In this document: in pieces, positions 37,199-46,974 of the stretch
How the letters are laid out: the number at the start of each line of letters is the position of its first letter
Numbering within the stretch: position 1 is the first letter of the stretch
Assembly: GCA_965203175.1 (NCBI GenBank)
Contig: OZ241867.1
Span: forward strand, 2,528,001-2,592,000
Direction: 5' to 3'
DNA length: 64,000 nt
Source of the DNA: Candidatus Latescibacterota bacterium
GTDB lineage: Bacteria > Latescibacterota > UBA2968 > UBA8231
The notes under the pieces: generated by a model
Databases searched by the model: none
What the model saw: only the letters and a program-made list of their open reading frames with translations
What the model was told of the DNA's origin: nothing
Position numbers and translations under genes: made by a program

Positions 37199-37231
37199 GG
37201 CGATCTCTCTAGGTTGAGGGGAATGGCGGCT

Positions 37232-38614
37232 TTAGATGCGCAGGATTTTGCCGGGGTTCATCAGGTTGTCCGGGTCGAGTGATTTTTTGATGCGGCGCAT
37301 GACCTCGACGCCCGGGCCACACTCGGCTTCGAGCGCGTCGATTTTGCCCAGGCCGATGCCGTGTTCGCCGGTGCAGGTTCCCCCGGCTTGGAGTGCCCAC
37401 TCGACGATTTGCTCGCCTAGTCGTTGGACCTGTGCTAGTTCCTCGGCGTTGCCCGGTTCGATGAGGCAGACAACGTGGAAGTTGCCGTCGCCGACGTGGC
37501 CGAAGAGCGGCGCGGGAAAGTCGAGGTCGGCCAGCGCGGCTCTCGTCTGGTGGATGCAGCGGGCTAGGGCCGTGATCGGCACGCAGACATCGGTTACGTA
37601 GCCGACTGAGCCGGGGCGGAGTGCGCGCGAGGCGTAATAGGCATCGTAGCGCGCCTGCCACAAGCGTTCGCGTTCGCCCTCGGCCGTGGCCCAGCGGAAG
37701 GGACCGCCGCCCCGCCGAGCTACGTACTCGCCAGCGATTTCAGCTTGTTCGACGACTCCTTTTTCCGTGCCGTGAAATTCAAAAAAGAGCGTTGGTGCCA
37801 CTTCGTAATCGAGGCCCGCGTATTGGTTGCAGGCCTGCATTTGCACTTCGTCGAGCAATTCGAGCCGCGCGACGGGGATCCCCGCACTCAAGACGTCAAT
37901 GGCTGCGGCGACGGCGGTGTCGAGGTCGGCAAAAGGGCAGACGGCTGCGGAGATGGCCGCTGGCAGCTTGGCTAGGCGCAGAGTCACTTCGGTGATAAGG
38001 GCCAGCGTACCTTCGGTGCCGACGAGTAGGGCGGTCAGGTCGTAGCCTGCCGAGGATTTGCGCGCGCGTCCGCCCGCTTCGACGATGGTGCCATCGGCGA
38101 AGACGGCCTTGAGGCCCAAGACATTGTCGCGCATGGTGCCGTAGCCGACCGCGGCGCTGCCCGAGGCGCGGGTGGCGGCCATGCCGCCCAAGGAGGCGTC
38201 AGCGCCGGGATCGACGGGGAAGTGCAGGCCGGTATCTTGTGCTTGGAGGTGTTCGTTGAGCTGTTGGCGGGTGACGCCGGCTTCGACTGTTGCATCCATG
38301 TCGGCGGTACTGACGTGGAGGATGCGGTTCATGCGCGAGAGATCGACGCACAGGCCGCCGCGCACGGCGACAATGCCGCCTTCGACGGCCGTGCCGGTGC
38401 CAAAGGGCACGATTGGCACTTGGTGCGCGGTGCAGATCTGGGCGATTTGGGCTACTTCGTCAACGCTTGTGGGAAAGGCTACGGCCTGCGGCGGTTGCGG
38501 GGCGTGGTAGGAGGCGTCGGCAGCGTGGGCGCGGCGCACCTCAGAGGTCTCATTCAGACGTGGGCCGAGGAAAGCGGCCAGCGCCGACAGGGCTTGGGGG
38601 GCTATGGGTTTCAT
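37232..38614 (-). CDS. FAD-linked oxidase, D-lactate dehydrogenase/glycolate oxidase GlcD-like
   Basis: PFGTGT.VEGG, PVDPG, KSSAGYDL..L.VG.EGTL, GHVGDGNFH, TGEHGIG.GK and NPGK. Confidence 0.9.
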   Translation of the reverse strand: MKPIAPQALSALAAFLGPRLNETSEVRRAHAADASYHAPQPPQAVAFPTSVDEVAQIAQICTAHQVPIVPFGTGTAVEGGIVAVRGGLCVDLSRMNRILHVSTADMDATVEAGVTRQQLNEHLQAQDTGLHFPVDPGADASLGGMAATRASGSAAVGYGTMRDNVLGLKAVFADGTIVEAGGRARKSSAGYDLTALLVGTEGTLALITEVTLRLAKLPAAISAAVCPFADLDTAVAAAIDVLSAGIPVARLELLDEVQMQACNQYAGLDYEVAPTLFFEFHGTEKGVVEQAEIAGEYVARRGGGPFRWATAEGERERLWQARYDAYYASRALRPGSVGYVTDVCVPITALARCIHQTRAALADLDFPAPLFGHVGDGNFHVVCLIEPGNAEELAQVQRLGEQIVEWALQAGGTCTGEHGIGLGKIDALEAECGPGVEVMRRIKKSLDPDNLMNPGKILRI

Positions 38615-38622
38615 GGGGCGGT

Positions 38623-38651
38623 AATATGCCCAACGGCTGGAGGGCCGTCAA
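38623..38651 (-). promoter_or_regulatory. Candidate sigma70 promoter giving a near-leaderless transcript
   Basis: TTGACG-17 nt-CATATT-8 nt-ATG on the minus strand; no Shine-Dalgarno. Confidence 0.55.
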
Positions 38652-38793
38652 AAAAGGCGATCATCAAATGCTTAGGTGGGTAAGGAGCGCCGATTATAGA
38701 GCAGAGGATAACTCCCGTTCAGAGGTCACTTCTGGACGGCTCGGTGCCTTTTTCGCATTATCGTTTTCCACCTCTAACCGGAGCCTAAACAAA

Positions 38794-39168
38794 ATGTCGA
38801 ACCCCCTTCTCAGCGCCGCCGAGACCCGCCAGAACCGCGTAGACGAATCGTGGGGCCATCTGACTTGGTTGGCGGGCCGTCCGCAGGGCAATGTCGAGGG
38901 CCTCACGTTGGGCCGCGTCGTCCTCAAAGCTGGTCAAGCCAACCCGCGTCACTCTCACCCCAATTGCGAAGAAGTGCTCTATTTGCTCGCTGGCCGCGTA
39001 GAGCACAGCTTAGGCGACCAGTCTTTTACGCTGGAAGCTGGCGATACGCTCGCCATCCCAGCCGGCGTTTTCCACAACGGAATTAGCCTCGGCCCCGAGG
39101 ACGCGGATATGATCGTGGCTTACTCGGAAGGCGATCGTCAATTCGTCTTGGAAGAGGACGGCTCGTGA
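38794..39168 (+). CDS. Cupin domain protein
   Basis: HSHPNCEEVLY.L.G...GD...IPAGVFH. Confidence 0.9.
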   Translation: MSNPLLSAAETRQNRVDESWGHLTWLAGRPQGNVEGLTLGRVVLKAGQANPRHSHPNCEEVLYLLAGRVEHSLGDQSFTLEAGDTLAIPAGVFHNGISLGPEDADMIVAYSEGDRQFVLEEDGS

Positions 39169-39340
39169 CCCGCAACGGCTATCAACACATGGTGTTCGAA
39201 TACTACGTCGGCCGTCTGCGACCGTTGCGTGCGGCCCGTCGTTAGCCCTTGCAGTCCATGCCGAGCCGCCGTCTGCGTGCTCAACTGAAAGAGCTGGGGT
39301 TGACCAAGATAGTCTGGACAAAGCCTAACCGCGCACTGCG

Positions 39341-40066
39341 ATGGACGTCTATACCCAAGCTGACCTACAGAGCCATTTAGAGGCCCTCGGAGTCGAAGCG
39401 GGGGATATGCTCTTTATCCATTCCTCGTTCAAAAGCTTGGGGCCTGTCGCCGGTGGAGCGCAGACTGTGGTCGGTGCGCTCCAGGCAGCAGTCGGCCCCG
39501 ACGGGCTTATCCTGATGCCCTCGTTCCACCTGATAGAGCGGAGTGAACGAGCGCGCCGTTGGGACTGGGCGACTACCCGTTCGACCGTGGGGTGGCTGAC
39601 CGAGTTCTTTCGCTGTTTACCCGATACTTATCGCTCGGATCATTACTCTCACTCGGTAGCGGCCCGAGGGTGTGGCGCGGCGGATTTCGTTGCAGATCAC
39701 TTACGCCAGGAGGGCCATACGTCGCCTTGGGACTTGGCTCCTTGGGGACGGACCTATGGCACTCACTCGCCCATGTTCCGCGCCTATCGACGCGGCGGCA
39801 AAATTCTCATGCTGGGCGTCGATTACCAGACTTCTACCTACATCCATCTGGTCGAAGTGCTCTACTGGCATCACTTGCGCCGAACCGATCCCCAAGCCGC
39901 TTATCCCGCTTTGGACCGCCCTCGTCTAGGGGACTTTTGGGATGCTACTGGTCCGCTGACACGGGGCCTCGTCGGCGCGTCTCCGTGCCGACTTTTTGCC
40001 ATAGATACGTATGTCGATACTCTGCTGGCCGAGGTCGTGGCAAACCCCGAACGCTATTTGGCCTGA
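39341..40066 (+). CDS. AAC(3)/YokD family N-acetyltransferase
   Basis: LFIHSSFKSLG, LMPSF, VGWLTEFFR, RSDH..HSVAA.G and GV...TYIHLVE. Confidence 0.88.
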   Translation: MDVYTQADLQSHLEALGVEAGDMLFIHSSFKSLGPVAGGAQTVVGALQAAVGPDGLILMPSFHLIERSERARRWDWATTRSTVGWLTEFFRCLPDTYRSDHYSHSVAARGCGAADFVADHLRQEGHTSPWDLAPWGRTYGTHSPMFRAYRRGGKILMLGVDYQTSTYIHLVEVLYWHHLRRTDPQAAYPALDRPRLGDFWDATGPLTRGLVGASPCRLFAIDTYVDTLLAEVVANPERYLA

Positions 40067-40080
40067 CTCTGACTGCCGGA

Positions 40081-40872
40081 TCAGACTCGCATCCGCAGCA
40101 TGGGGCGGCCAAAAGACACTTCGAGGAATTCTCCGGTGTGCGCCGAGCGCGTGCCAGGGGGCATGAAGTGGATGACAAAGGCGCGGCGCTGGCGGTCGGT
40201 TTGGTTGGATGGGGTGTAGTGGAGGGTTTGGCAGTGGTGGAAGAGCGCGCCGCCTGCGGGCAGGTCGATGACGGCGGCGTGGGCTGCATCGACTTGGTCG
40301 CCGTAGTCGAGCAAGGCACTGGTCTGCTCTGAGCGCTCGTGCCCGACGGGTGTCAGGTGCGATTCGGGCAGCAGGTGCATGGCACCGTTGGTCACATCGA
40401 CGTCGTCGAGCGTCATCCAGCAGCTAACCAAGTTGGCCGGCATACATTTCCAGTAGGCGTTGTCTTGGTGCCAAAAGACGGGGCCGCCGTGGTGGGCGGG
40501 TTTGTAGAGGGCTTGGTCGTGGAAGAGCTGGATGTTCGGGCCGATGAGATCTTCGGCAATGTCGAGGATGCGGGTGTCGTAGAGCAGTTGTCGGAAGTGG
40601 ATACTGCGCTCGCACATTTGCATGATCTGCAACATCTGCTCGTCGGCGTTGTTTTTTTCGTCGAGGTCGTCGGTGTCGCTGATGGACAGGTTGCGGAAGC
40701 GCCCGTTCTGGCGCGCCTCGGCAAAGAGGCGATCGTATTCATCGCGCAGCGAGGCGACGAGGTCGTCGTCTAGCAGCTTGCCGATGATGATGAAGCCGCG
40801 GCGGCGGAATAGGTCAATCTGCTCTTGGTCGAGGGCTTTGTGGAGTTGGGTAACGGGCGGGGCTGTGGTCAT
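40081..40872 (-). CDS. Phytanoyl-CoA dioxygenase family Fe(II)/2OG enzyme
   Basis: KP...WHQD, W..LDD...NG....P.SH, H...LH..N.T...RR. Confidence 0.9.
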   Translation of the reverse strand: MTTAPPVTQLHKALDQEQIDLFRRRGFIIIGKLLDDDLVASLRDEYDRLFAEARQNGRFRNLSISDTDDLDEKNNADEQMLQIMQMCERSIHFRQLLYDTRILDIAEDLIGPNIQLFHDQALYKPAHHGGPVFWHQDNAYWKCMPANLVSCWMTLDDVDVTNGAMHLLPESHLTPVGHERSEQTSALLDYGDQVDAAHAAVIDLPAGGALFHHCQTLHYTPSNQTDRQRRAFVIHFMPPGTRSAHTGEFLEVSFGRPMLRMRV

Positions 40873-40942
40873 TTGTATTCTCCTGATGAGGCGTGCAAAT
40901 TAACAAGGGTAGTAGCGGATCACAACCGGTTAATGGGCCGCA

Positions 40943-41302
40943 TCACTCCACGTACACGACCACTTCCTCTCCTTCGCGCCCTGCCTCGTACGTCTTCACC
41001 CGCATGGTTTCGTCGTACAGCGCCTGCCCGGTGGCCAAGTCGAATTCCCACTGGTGCCAGGGGCACTTGAGCACCAAGCCCTCTTGCTGATAGTCGATCT
41101 GATACACGCCTGGCGACACGACCAAGGGCCGCAACCGGCCCCGGCACAAGGGACCGTTTTTGTGCGGACAGCTATTGCGCAGGGCGTAGTAGCGACCTCC
41201 GATGTTGAAGACGCCGATTTCTCTGTTGTCCACGCTGACGATCTTGCGCGCTCCAGTGGGCAGTTCCTCGGCCCGGGCGACTACGTAGCGCTTAGAAGCC
41301 AT
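40943..41302 (-). CDS. Rieske [2Fe-2S] ferredoxin
   Basis: CPHKNGPL...CPWHQWEFD; start 41302 overlaps the end of the amidohydrolase gene. Confidence 0.92.
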   Translation of the reverse strand: MASKRYVVARAEELPTGARKIVSVDNREIGVFNIGGRYYALRNSCPHKNGPLCRGRLRPLVVSPGVYQIDYQQEGLVLKCPWHQWEFDLATGQALYDETMRVKTYEAGREGEEVVVYVE

Positions 41303-42395
41303 AGAGTTCCGCGGCGTTTTGCGCCATGATGCGGTGGCGATAGTCCGCGTCAAAATCGGCGAGGAAACCCGTTGGCTCGTCCCAATCCCAGTGCGGATAG
41401 TCGCTGGCGAAAACCAGGACCTCATCGGCGTGCAACCACTCTAAAAAGCGCTTCATATCGTCGCGCGTGGGTGGCTGGATCATGGGCTGGGTGCCAAAGC
41501 GGATGTGCTGCCGCAGGTACTCGCTGGGCAGGCGCTTGACCCACGGCGTATAATCGCGCAGGCCCTTCCAGTCGGAATCCATGTGCCACATCAGCCCCGG
41601 GACCCAGAACACATCGTGCTCGACGAAGAGGACCCGAAAATCGGGGAATTTTTCAAAGACGCCCTCGCAGATGAAGCTGACCGTATGCGCCATGGCGATC
41701 TGCGGCCGGGCCATGCGCATTTCCAGATAGTGCGAGGGATACCCCGCGGCCGTGGGCGGCGCGGCAATGCCGGATCCCTCGGCTCCGAAGTGGATGCTCA
41801 GCGGCAGGCCGTGGCGCTGGCAGGCCTCGTAGATGGGATGGTAAAAGCGGTGGCCAAAAGGCTGGCGCGAACCAGCCGGCATCATCACTTGGACGCACTC
41901 GGGCCTGGAGCCTAGGCGGTCTATTTCCTCCACGGCTAGCTGCGGGTCTTGGGGGGCGATGTGGATGGAGGATCTAAAGCGCGAGTCTACACCCACCCAG
42001 TGCTCTAGGGTCCAATCGTTGAAGGCCCGGCAATAGGCCGCTGCATAATCGCAATCCGAATGCACGGCCGCGCTGTACGGCCCACCCGTCAACACGGCCA
42101 CGTCGATGTCGTACTCGTCGAGATGCCTCTGGCGCGCTACTTCGACATTGGCCGCTGGATTGGTCTTTTGTTCCTCCCACAATTCTTGGCGGTTGCCGTG
42201 TTTAGGCATATTGGTATGGCCCAACTGCGGCATCATGGAGCCGAAGTCCTCAATGCGCTCGACATAGTGGCGCGGCAAGTAGGGAAAGAGGGCCTTGTCG
42301 TTGGGCAGGGTGTGATGCACGTCGCAGTCGATGAGACGAAACTGGGTGGCTGTGTGGCCGTTTGTGGATGGGACGGGTTGGGCATTAGCAGTCAT
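41292..42395 (-). CDS. Amidohydrolase_2 family protein (possible dinuclear oxygenase)
   Basis: IDCDVHH, AFNDW, PL.IH, EGVFEKFP....FVE, TQP and ASDYPHWD. Confidence 0.88.
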   Translation of the reverse strand: MTANAQPVPSTNGHTATQFRLIDCDVHHTLPNDKALFPYLPRHYVERIEDFGSMMPQLGHTNMPKHGNRQELWEEQKTNPAANVEVARQRHLDEYDIDVAVLTGGPYSAAVHSDCDYAAAYCRAFNDWTLEHWVGVDSRFRSSIHIAPQDPQLAVEEIDRLGSRPECVQVMMPAGSRQPFGHRFYHPIYEACQRHGLPLSIHFGAEGSGIAAPPTAAGYPSHYLEMRMARPQIAMAHTVSFICEGVFEKFPDFRVLFVEHDVFWVPGLMWHMDSDWKGLRDYTPWVKRLPSEYLRQHIRFGTQPMIQPPTRDDMKRFLEWLHADEVLVFASDYPHWDWDEPTGFLADFDADYRHRIMAQNAAELYGF

Positions 42396-42480
42396 GGTTC
42401 ATCTCCAGGGATGAGGCGCGGATGTATGATGTAGATAAGAAGCGTCATCCGTAGTGTGTCAAGGGGATTCAAAAGCGACC

Positions 42481-43608
42481 TCATGCGGACCCATCCCGGC
42501 TCAGGGTGAGGAGCGCGATTTCGGAAGGGGCACCGAGCCGCAGCGGCGGACCCCAGTAGCCAGTACCTCGGTGGACGTAGATCCAGGTGTCGCGGAATTT
42601 GTGCAGGCCCGCGACATAGGGCTGTTGGAGGGGGATTGCGTACTTCCACGGCACGAACTGGCCGCCGTGCGTGTGGCCCGACAGTTGGAGGTGGCAGTCG
42701 GCTTGGCTGGCGGCCTCTATGCTGCGCGGCTGGTGCGCGAGCAGGATGCGCACATCGGCTCCGTCGCTCGCAGCAAGGGCCTTGGCCGGGTCCGATGCGT
42801 GGTCGGGCACTAGCTCGCCGGCACTGAAGTCGGTCGTGCCGGCCAAGGCTATCCGCCCGCCATCGCAGTCGATCTGGCGTAGTTCGTTGATTAGGACGTC
42901 GAAGCCGAGAATACGCGCCTGCTCAGTCCAGCTCTCCACGCCCGAGTAGTATTCGTGGTTGCCAGTGCAGAAATAGATTCCGAGCGGCGCGGTGAGTTCG
43001 GCTAGAGAGGCTGTATGTGGGGCGAGTCGTTCGACCGGCCCGTCGGCGAGGTCGCCGGTGAAGGCGATTAGGTCGGGTTGCAATTCGTTGACGCGGGCGA
43101 CGACGCGCTCTACAAAAGGGGCTTTGATGGTTGGGCCGATGTGGAGATCGCTGATCTGGACGATGCGCAGTCCAACTAGCGCGGGTGGAAGATTCGCGAT
43201 AGGGACGTCGACGCGGCGGACCGCTGGCGTGCGGCGAGCTTGGTAGTAACCGTAGCAGGCCGCAACCAAGGCTAGGGCAAAGGTCGCCAAGTCGATGCTG
43301 GCATTGAGCGATGCGTCGATGGGATAGATCAGGACCAAGAGCAGTCCTCCAAGATCGCGTAGGACCAGTAGCGTCGAGCAGATGGTGAAAAAGCCCATGC
43401 CGAGATAGGCCACCCAAGCGAGGGGATCCGTCAGCCAAGCCAGATGTGGACGGGAGCGCAGGCGAAAGAGCAACAAGGGCGTCAATAGCAGGAATACCAG
43501 CGCTAGTGCGGCACCGATCTGTGCGGGCGGCGGGAGATAGGGAATGAGCCGCCAGCCCGAATAGCCGTAGATCGAGCCGAGCAGCGATAGAAAAATCAGC
43601 GCAAACAT
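42481..43608 (-). CDS. Membrane-anchored calcineurin-like metallophosphoesterase (YkuE/YaeI-like)
   Basis: N-terminal TMs; SDLH, TGDLAD, GNHEY, AHQP and SGHTHGGQ. Confidence 0.92.
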   Translation of the reverse strand: MFALIFLSLLGSIYGYSGWRLIPYLPPPAQIGAALALVFLLLTPLLLFRLRSRPHLAWLTDPLAWVAYLGMGFFTICSTLLVLRDLGGLLLVLIYPIDASLNASIDLATFALALVAACYGYYQARRTPAVRRVDVPIANLPPALVGLRIVQISDLHIGPTIKAPFVERVVARVNELQPDLIAFTGDLADGPVERLAPHTASLAELTAPLGIYFCTGNHEYYSGVESWTEQARILGFDVLINELRQIDCDGGRIALAGTTDFSAGELVPDHASDPAKALAASDGADVRILLAHQPRSIEAASQADCHLQLSGHTHGGQFVPWKYAIPLQQPYVAGLHKFRDTWIYVHRGTGYWGPPLRLGAPSEIALLTLSRDGSA

Positions 43609-43771
43609 GCCCTGGTCTTTGTTTGAGAGGAAATGCGGCTTTTATTTTAGGGGCAATCCAAGACCCTTACAAGTCAAGGTACGCTGACTGACGGGTCTTG
43701 TCCCCAGTCGGTCGAGTAGTTATTAAAAGACTTGGAGGCAGGGGAGAAAATTGAACAGAAGGAGACCAATC

Positions 43772-44635
43772 GTGAAAGGCCAACATCTCGACTTTTTCGA
43801 GGAAGAAGGGTACGTCATCGTCAAAGGAGGGCTTACCGACGACGATCTCGCGCCGCTCATCGAGGATCACAATATCATCGTCGATGAAATCGCCCGCGAT
43901 CTACACGGCCAAGGCAAGATCGCCAACCTCTACGAAAACGAGCCTTTTGCGCGGCGCTTGGCCTGCCTCGCCGAAGAGTGTGACGAGGTCGATGGCTGTC
44001 CCGACATAGGGGAGACCCGCCGGCGCGGCACCTTTGAATTTTTGCGCAACCAAAACCTCGTCGATCTGATTGAGCCGTTCATCGGTCCAGAAATTACCTG
44101 CAATGCCGTGTCGCACGTTCGGCCAAAGATGCCGTCAACAGACGTCATCTTTCATCAGGATGCCGTGTTTACCACCCAACAAGCACAGGGTATCCTGCAG
44201 GTGACGGTCTGGATTCCCCTCGTCGAGTCAACCGAAGAGAACGGCTGCTTGCAGGTTCAGCCTCGGGTCCATCAGCGGCGCATGGTCTATTGGAGGTACG
44301 GGCAGGACCTGCCTCAGACTGAGCGGATTAGTCTGCCCATGCAGAAGGGGGACGTTCTGTTCGTACACAAACTGACGCCCCACGGCTCGGGCCCGAATAA
44401 CACCAACGCCGTGCGCTGGAGTATGGACCTGCGCTACCAGAAAACGGGCGAGCCTTCCCCGCGGCCCGAATGGCCCAGTCTCGTCGCCCGCAGCCGGCGC
44501 GACCCCGCCTCGGAGACCGCCTATGAAGACTGGCGCGACCAATGGGCCGCTGGGCTAGAAAAGACGCCTAAACAGATTCACTACGAGCGTCCAAACAAGC
44601 CTTTGCCCTTCACCGGGGAGATGTTTCTCAAGTAG
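43772..44635 (+). CDS. Phytanoyl-CoA dioxygenase family Fe(II)/2OG enzyme
   Basis: RPK...FHQD, TVWIPL..ENGCL, PHGS.PN...RWSMDLRY; GTG 43772 after AAGGAG. Confidence 0.88.
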   Translation: MKGQHLDFFEEEGYVIVKGGLTDDDLAPLIEDHNIIVDEIARDLHGQGKIANLYENEPFARRLACLAEECDEVDGCPDIGETRRRGTFEFLRNQNLVDLIEPFIGPEITCNAVSHVRPKMPSTDVIFHQDAVFTTQQAQGILQVTVWIPLVESTEENGCLQVQPRVHQRRMVYWRYGQDLPQTERISLPMQKGDVLFVHKLTPHGSGPNNTNAVRWSMDLRYQKTGEPSPRPEWPSLVARSRRDPASETAYEDWRDQWAAGLEKTPKQIHYERPNKPLPFTGEMFLK

Positions 44636-44717
44636 CGCAAACCGACCTGCTGACGCGCTGGTGGATGTGGGTGTGGACTGCGCCAGTCGGGCTGCTGCCT
44701 AGACCGAGGAGGACTTC

Positions 44718-45755
44718 ATGTACGGCGTTGGTGTATTGGGCAATTGCTGCACCCACGGAGCTGGGACCGCCGGGCAGTTCGCCGCGCATCCTCGGACCTG
44801 GGTGGTGACGGGATACGAGCCTAGGGCGCAGCGAGCCGGGGAATTGCAGCGGGCCATGCGAGCGCCCCTTGCCGCCAGTTATGAGGCTGTGGTGAACCAT
44901 GCCCAGGTCGAAATCCTGGCTCTGGCGACCGATCCCTGCGACAAAGCCGAGATGGTCGAATTGGCCGCTCGGGCTGGCAAGGCGCTCTGGATCAACAAAC
45001 CCCTGTGCCACAATCCAGCCGCCGCCCGACGCATTGAAGAACAGGTCCGGGCTGCGGGGGTCCCCGCTGTTTTCGACGCCCCCATGGTTAAATTCCAACC
45101 CGCCTTTGACAAATTGCTGCACCAGGTGCGGGCCGGGCTATACGGCGAGGTGGTGAGCTACTACCACACCTTTGGCATGACCTTTGCCCCGGACTTCCCG
45201 ATCCGGGACACTTGGCCCGAGCGCTTTGATCCAGCTACCACGGCCGGCGGCGGCGAAATGACCAATATGGGCTGCTACGCCATTGACTACGCCCTGCATT
45301 TGCTGGGCGTGCCCCGCCGGGTGGAAGCGCGCTGGCAGAAGTTTTGGCGACCCTATGTCGAGGCCGATGTGGAGAACTTTGGCCAGATATGTCTCGACTA
45401 CGGACGCTTTTGGGCCGTATTGGCAGTGGGCAAACAGGCCGTCGAGGGCCAGCGGGGTCCGCGCAATGCCTTGACCATTGAATTCGAAGCGGCCAATTTC
45501 TTCCTCGACCCAGGTGCTGGCCTAGTCGTCGAGACCGGTCGGGCCCGTTCGCTCGACGAGTACCTGGACGGCCATCAATGTCCCTCCTCCATTGACCAGT
45601 TGCTCGCGGCCCTGGAAGAAGGCCCTGCACCCCAGAGCGATATAGCCACGGCGGCCAGAGGCGTGGAAGTTCTGTGCGGCGCGTACCAATCCATCCTCGA
45701 AGAACGGCCCGTGGACCTGCCGCTAATCCGGGCGAAAAATCCCCTATTTGAGTGA
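44718..45755 (+). CDS. Gfo/Idh/MocA family oxidoreductase
   Basis: GVGVLG Rossmann start, AGK...NKP (variant of EKP) and GGG...MGCY.ID. Confidence 0.85.
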   Translation: MYGVGVLGNCCTHGAGTAGQFAAHPRTWVVTGYEPRAQRAGELQRAMRAPLAASYEAVVNHAQVEILALATDPCDKAEMVELAARAGKALWINKPLCHNPAAARRIEEQVRAAGVPAVFDAPMVKFQPAFDKLLHQVRAGLYGEVVSYYHTFGMTFAPDFPIRDTWPERFDPATTAGGGEMTNMGCYAIDYALHLLGVPRRVEARWQKFWRPYVEADVENFGQICLDYGRFWAVLAVGKQAVEGQRGPRNALTIEFEAANFFLDPGAGLVVETGRARSLDEYLDGHQCPSSIDQLLAALEEGPAPQSDIATAARGVEVLCGAYQSILEERPVDLPLIRAKNPLFE

Positions 45756-45864
45756 AGCTCCTGAGAAGCCGTCTGCTTCACTACGCCTTTAGGCGTGACA
45801 ACCCCCGGCGACCGGTGCCCACCCTGTAAGGGACCGACCTCGATCCTTTGAAAAAGGGAGGCAG

Positions 45865-46851
45865 ATGTCAATCGACGCAACCGATTCGGACGCACCGAAA
45901 TTTCCCGAGCGATTCTTGCGATACGCAACTAGAGAATTTGGCAAAGAAGGCGAGGCGTGGATTGAGGAACTGCCGTCTATTCTCGTGCGGTGCTGCGATA
46001 AGTGGGGTCTGACACTCGGCCGACCGACCGAAGAGATCAAAATCAACTATATCGCTTACGTCGAGATGGGCAATGGAGAAGAGGCCGTGCTCAAGGTGGG
46101 CGTCCCGCACGGCGATTTCAGCGCGGAGATGGAAGCGTTGGCGATCTACGAGGGCCGTGGGATAAACCGGCTCATCGACTGCGACAAAGCGCTTAACGCC
46201 ATGCTGCTCGAACGACTGCGTCCTGGCAAGATGCTAGACTCTGTTGGGAACGCGCACGAGCAAAGCGAGATTGCGGCGCGTATCCTCCGGGAGTTACACG
46301 CGACTCCGCCGCCGTCGCACCACACACTGCCGCACTTTATGGATTGGATGCGAAGTGCATTCGCGGATGCCAAAAGCTGCGAGGATCGCGAGCGGGCGCG
46401 AGGCTATATCGAGCAGATTCCGCGCGTGGAATCTATGATGGGAATCCTGATGGAGGCGGATGAACCTCAGATACTGCTGCACGGCGACCTCCATCACTGG
46501 AACATACTGTCCGACGCAAGCCGCGGCTGGATGGCGATTGATCCGAAGGGCGTGATCGGGGCCTCGTGTCTGGATGTCGGCCGGTTTATCAACAACGCGA
46601 TGGGATTCGGCGAGACTATTGCGGAGAAGCGAGAGATCCTGCTTGAGGCGGTGACGATTTTCAGCGGTGTACTGGGAGAAAATGAAGAACGGATGTTTGC
46701 GGGCGCTTTCTGCGACAAGATCATGGGTTCATCGTGGGGATTGCAACAGGAGCCTGATGAGCACGAGGCGAGTTCGCAAGAGGCGCTTAGAGTGATGGTT
46801 GAGATGGCGAGGGACGTGGATGATTGTCGGCTGCGATGTCGAGTCATCTAG
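45865..46851 (+). CDS. Aminoglycoside/hydroxyurea phosphotransferase family (APH(6)-like) kinase
   Basis: G.AW...LP, AVLK, MLLERL.PG, LLHGDLHHWNIL and IDPKG. Confidence 0.9.
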   Translation: MSIDATDSDAPKFPERFLRYATREFGKEGEAWIEELPSILVRCCDKWGLTLGRPTEEIKINYIAYVEMGNGEEAVLKVGVPHGDFSAEMEALAIYEGRGINRLIDCDKALNAMLLERLRPGKMLDSVGNAHEQSEIAARILRELHATPPPSHHTLPHFMDWMRSAFADAKSCEDRERARGYIEQIPRVESMMGILMEADEPQILLHGDLHHWNILSDASRGWMAIDPKGVIGASCLDVGRFINNAMGFGETIAEKREILLEAVTIFSGVLGENEERMFAGAFCDKIMGSSWGLQQEPDEHEASSQEALRVMVEMARDVDDCRLRCRVI

Positions 46852-46974
46852 TGGTGCAGACGCACCAAGCCACATCGCGTTGCACCTACTTGCGCAGATG
46901 CAACGCTCATCGTGCGTGGCTGGTCGGGTAGCGAGGCGGACTTGCGCTTGCAGCCACTTGTCCGCCTGTCATTG

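Noticed and set aside
39169-39340. Possible gene remnant between the cupin and AAC(3) genes (MVFEYYVGRL..., RRLRAQLKELGLTKIVW)
   Set aside because: The fragments are short, broken by stops, and match no family I recognise.
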